A DNA stretch of 63,887 nt, filler included, from Dimargaris cristalligena (taxonomy: Eukaryota), in the NCBI GenBank assembly GCA_003614675.1. It is 11 parts of 11 records of this genome, joined end to end, with 100 filler letters (N's around TTAATTAATTAA, not from the genome) between each part and the next. Parts side by side here need not be neighbours in the genome. Positions count along the whole stretch, not along the records: positions 59,473 to 63,887 come from ML003760.1; 10 more parts are not named here. One strand, given 5' to 3'. Positions 59,969-63,887 of the stretch are shown piece by piece (the stretch's first letter is position 1; each line of letters begins with the position of its first letter). Below the pieces are notes generated by a model. The model was not told the DNA's origin. It saw only the letters and a program-made list of their open reading frames with translations, and did not search any database. Both the position numbers and the translations under genes were made by a program.

Positions 59969-62698
59969 CTATAACCTACTCAGCTTGGGGGGTGTCTCCT
60001 CATCAGGCTCGGTAGCCACCGGCATGTATTCGCCCCGAGTGTCTTTGGCCGACAATTTCTTAGAGCGCCGCCAGCTCCAACCCAAGGCCACCACGGACAA
60101 CACCGCCCCGACTCCCAGGACCACTAGGAGCCAATGGGGGTTCGTTGAACGCAGCAGATCGTTACCGTCGTCGTTGTCGTTGGGTCCCTGGCTGTTGTCT
60201 TCACCCTCGTCCCCTTCGTAGGGCTGATGCACTCGGGCCACTAGGGCCACTTTTTGGGGCTCTCCACTGATTTCCTCGAATAGCACAACATCGTTCGTCT
60301 GGCCCGGTGGGCTGAGCCAGTCTTTCGGTACGTGGTAGTAGCGCTGGGAAGGTAAGCCGCAATCCTTGCGGCATTTGCGATCGGGGTTGAACCACCCGGC
60401 GTAGTCGCACGATTGGCAGCGGCCCGAGTCGGGGGATTCTCCGGGGATAAGCCAATAGCGGCCAATATGGTGCCCGTTCACCAGGGCAAACCCTTTGGTC
60501 ATGGAGTTGAGGTCGAGGGCCAGAGGGGGTAAGTGTGCCCAGTCCGTCGTTTCCGCAAAAGTGAATTCCAGTCGGTGCCACGCGAGACTGGCCCCCGTGT
60601 ACTGGGCCACGAGGGTGGGATCGCTGGTGCGGGCGTTCCAGCGGTAGCTGTGGCCCATCCGGTCCGGCTGGGGGTGGGGTGAGGAAGGGGACTGTCGTAC
60701 ATCCACCACCGTGGCTGGATCATTGGTGCCCACCACTGGGTTTTTCTTTTCCCCGCGTAACCCCACCGAGTGGCCCCAGCCCGAATTGGTAATGTCGCGG
60801 TTATCCAGCTGTACGGTACCTAGTATACCCCGGTGGTATTCCTCCATACGTTTCTCCCCGTTGGTCCAGCCCATGGTGACAAGCAAAATCTGGAGGGAGT
60901 GGGTGCCGGGGGTGTCGGCAAGCGGCGCCCGACCCAGATCAAAGCGGGTCCATTCCGACCCGCGTTCCAAACCCACAAGGTTTCCATCGACGAACACCAC
61001 AACCATCTCGTACACTTTAGTCAGGACGAGTTGGCGCGGGGCCGGGTGTTTGTCATCCACCTCAAAGTCTGTAACGTACCACAGGTAGTCGGTGTCGTCG
61101 TTGGTCAGAGAGAGTTGTTCTAGCGGCCGGATGTTTTGGTGTGGGCAGGCGTCCCGATTGGCCGGAATGGATTCCAAGGCAGTAACAACATCTGGGTGGT
61201 CGAGATAGGGCCGGTTAGTTTGAGGGTAGGTAAGCACCTTGAAACCCAGTTGGGAAGTCGGGTAATTCGGGTCGATACGCGACGACGTGTACAGCCAGCG
61301 CGGATGAGGGTGACCCCCCGATAAAATAACCACCGACCAACGGGGCACCGTGACGTCCAAGCCCAGGAAATTGAGTCGGGCCCGCTGGGTTTCATCTTCG
61401 TTAGTGAGGAAGATGATACTGCGGGAGTCTTGGGGGTCCCCATACACATAAGCCTCCTGTTTGGGGCCCAGTCTTAAAGGCCGGGCCACTTCATGACGGA
61501 GGAGGGCATCCTGGTACTTGAACATCAGCTCATGGAGGCGCTGGAGGTGGTGGTACTTGGGGTACCGTTCCAGACCGTACTCGTCCAGCATGACGTCGTA
61601 GTCGTAGGTGGTGGTCACCATTGGCCCGGACGTGCGGCCGAAATTGGTCCCGCCGTGCCACATGTAGTAGGCGTGGTAACTGCCCCCGGACGCGAACCAA
61701 CGGGCCACAGAATAAGCAATGTCCTGGACGGGGCGGGTGGGGCGGGCCTCGCCCCAGCGCTGGAACCACCCGGGCCAGTTTTCGGTCCACATGCCCGGGT
61801 AGTCGGGGAACTTGTGGAAGAAGTCCTTCAGGTAGTGGTGGCAGTAGAAATCATTGTGGGTAGGAATGACGTGGGGCACGTCCGACCACTGGCGGCACAT
61901 GATCCACGGTACCGTTGAGTTCATGCGGTGGGCCAATTCGCCGCACCAGGTGGCGAACCTATTGCCATCCTCGCCGTACATCCACTGGTAGTTACCGTAC
62001 TCGTTCTCGATTTGCATCATAATGACGGGCCCGCCCCGCTCGGGCATATACGGAGCCGCCACCTCCACGAGTTTACGTACGTAACGTTCCATTTCCCGCT
62101 TGAATGGTTCGTTCCAGGTCCGGAATTGGATCCCCGGAATGAGCCGTAGCCAATCAGGGAATCCCCCGTACTGCCATTCCGAGCACACATAAGGGCCCAG
62201 GCGCAGATTGACGTACAAGCCATGTTCCCGGGCCAACCGGAGAAAGAGGGGCAAGTTGCGGCTCCCGGTACTGAAATCCCATTCGCCGCGGACGGGTTCA
62301 TGCTGGTTCCAGAACACGTACGTTTCGATAATATTGATGCCCGCGGCCTTGCTCTTGCGCATGAGCGCCGGCCACATGCTGGGCGTGCTGCGGGGGTAAT
62401 GGATACAGCCGGCCATGAGGATGGTCGGCTGGTCGTTGATGAGAATGGCTCGGTGGGCCACCCCCACTTTATAGGGGCCGGTGGGATAGGCAGGCATGAA
62501 CCCCGCGGGAATGCCAACGGCCACCGGCGGGGGAGTAGTGCTGAAGCCCTGCGGGCCGCCGTTATTCACCAAGTATAGTGCCGCGCCGGCGAATAGGAGC
62601 AAGGTGGCACCCACAGCTATGGGGAGGGTCCGGGGAGAGGTCCGGTCTGGCTTAGGGGTACCCCGGTCACCGTGGGCGCGCCAGAGGGTGAACATCAT
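59969..62698 (-). CDS. Glycoside hydrolase family 35 beta-galactosidase (909 aa, intronless) with N- and C-terminal hydrophobic segments
   Basis: IHYPRS, IETYVFWNQHEP, QIENEYG (acid/base), WTENWPGWF (nucleophile), YYMWHGGTNFG, YDYD..LDEYG, GRYW, SQRYYHVP. Confidence 0.95.
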   Translation of the reverse strand: MMFTLWRAHGDRGTPKPDRTSPRTLPIAVGATLLLFAGAALYLVNNGGPQGFSTTPPPVAVGIPAGFMPAYPTGPYKVGVAHRAILINDQPTILMAGCIHYPRSTPSMWPALMRKSKAAGINIIETYVFWNQHEPVRGEWDFSTGSRNLPLFLRLAREHGLYVNLRLGPYVCSEWQYGGFPDWLRLIPGIQFRTWNEPFKREMERYVRKLVEVAAPYMPERGGPVIMMQIENEYGNYQWMYGEDGNRFATWCGELAHRMNSTVPWIMCRQWSDVPHVIPTHNDFYCHHYLKDFFHKFPDYPGMWTENWPGWFQRWGEARPTRPVQDIAYSVARWFASGGSYHAYYMWHGGTNFGRTSGPMVTTTYDYDVMLDEYGLERYPKYHHLQRLHELMFKYQDALLRHEVARPLRLGPKQEAYVYGDPQDSRSIIFLTNEDETQRARLNFLGLDVTVPRWSVVILSGGHPHPRWLYTSSRIDPNYPTSQLGFKVLTYPQTNRPYLDHPDVVTALESIPANRDACPHQNIRPLEQLSLTNDDTDYLWYVTDFEVDDKHPAPRQLVLTKVYEMVVVFVDGNLVGLERGSEWTRFDLGRAPLADTPGTHSLQILLVTMGWTNGEKRMEEYHRGILGTVQLDNRDITNSGWGHSVGLRGEKKNPVVGTNDPATVVDVRQSPSSPHPQPDRMGHSYRWNARTSDPTLVAQYTGASLAWHRLEFTFAETTDWAHLPPLALDLNSMTKGFALVNGHHIGRYWLIPGESPDSGRCQSCDYAGWFNPDRKCRKDCGLPSQRYYHVPKDWLSPPGQTNDVVLFEEISGEPQKVALVARVHQPYEGDEGEDNSQGPNDNDDGNDLLRSTNPHWLLVVLGVGAVLSVVALGWSWRRSKKLSAKDTRGEYMPVATEPDEETPPKLSRL

Positions 62699-63887
62699 AT
62701 CGCACAGAGGAGAGGGTACTTAAAAAATAGCAAATGATGTTGGTTTATAGCTTCTGGCTAACCCAGACTATCAAAAACTATTTCAGTTACTTGTAAAATA
62801 GACAAAACGAAGACAACTGGTGATACGTTTAGAAGTATTAAAGGTGTGTCGGAGTATCATGCCCCAATGGTAAACATACGGGGCTATGTGTGGGTGTTAC
62901 TGGGTGGTTTTAACTGAGAATCAAATAACCCAGGGAAAAAGTGCAGAAATGAAACATGGAATAATTATAGGGGCGATGGCCGGCTATGCACTATATACAA
63001 GAAACCTGCTATATCACGATATTCTTGTAGACACAACTTCCGTGTCTCTGGAAGATCAGAAAGGGTGAGTGATATACACAAGTCACACGACGTCGAACCC
63101 CAGAACAAGCCCTCTAATAGGAAACATGCAATATACCATTTAGGGCGGGGCGTGAGATTAATGTTGTCAAGGAGGTAGGCAAGGAACACGTCGACAAGCG
63201 ATTGTCCACCATAGCCAGGGGGGCCGGTTTTTAATATCGCCGTTAGCGGCTGTCATGCCCATTATATGAAACCGCCGCTGACTCCTGCTAATTTCCCCTG
63301 CCGGGCATACTGAAGTAGGGCTGGGCAATGGTGAGCTGGCAATAGGCTTGGTGCATTGTGTTTAAGTGTCGTATTGAATGGCCAACCCGGGGCCGCATCC
63401 AGATGTGCACTAACCAATACACAATCTTACTCATCCCACCTCGTATTTCTTGTATATGATGTGTTCAGCTTTAAACTTGGCCTGCAAAATTAGCAACGTT
63501 TATGAGGGGTTGAAATATAGTACCGGAGCCGGTACTATGCCACTGGTCCGGGACTGATACACCCGGAAGTGTTTGGTTAAACTTAATCAGCGTGGTTGTT
63601 TACTTATTATCATAGGCCAATACCGCAGATATTACTGAATTCCCCGTATAACGCGCGGATGATACTATATCGCTGGACTTATAGTTGGAAATGTAAATCA
63701 TTCAGCAAATGACTTACTAATCCCTGCTTGCAGGTGATATGTGGGAAATCGACCAGGTCATTTTATAGTGGCTGAGGCCATTCCCATTCGACGTGCATCC
63801 GTGTGGGGCGGCCCATGTGATAGGTAAGGGTAGTTAGTCACACCACCACCCCGCTCACTACTCGTTCTAGAATCATAATGAGGTCTA

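Overview
The window is not contiguous. It is 11 unrelated ~5.8-5.9 kb contigs, in roughly descending size, joined by artificial 100-nt linkers (44 N + TTAATTAATTAA + 44 N): 1-5929, 6030-11955, 12056-17907, 18008-23848, 23949-29783, 29884-35718, 35819-41645, 41746-47560, 47661-53476, 53577-59372, 59473-63887. Ten contigs look fungal, with GT-AG introns and housekeeping genes (U1-70K, QNS1, kinesin-4, FMP27/Apt1, RER1, MDH, SerRS, an ArAE_2/FUSC-type transporter, an F-box/LRR protein and a GH35 beta-galactosidase). An early-diverging, Zoopagomycota-like host is my tentative, unverified inference. One contig (12056-17907) is betaproteobacterial (CHAD, MCP, porin, diguanylate cyclase). Highlights: (i) a complete Ty3/Gypsy element (53664-59294) with no tRNA-type PBS but a 14-nt self-complementary PBS, no polypurine tract, a pol frame running into the 3' LTR, a -1 slippery site and a possible ATAG target preference; (ii) C-to-T hypermutation of repeats at CpG and secondarily CpA, with all 5 LTR-LTR differences at CpG; (iii) a signal peptide joined to a C2H2 zinc-finger array; (iv) small secreted prepro-peptides and a pair of 8-Cys GPI-type surface proteins; (v) nested solo LTRs with intact TSDs; (vi) a plant-like, doubly membrane-anchored GH35. 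All calls come from reading the sequence; no database searches were run.
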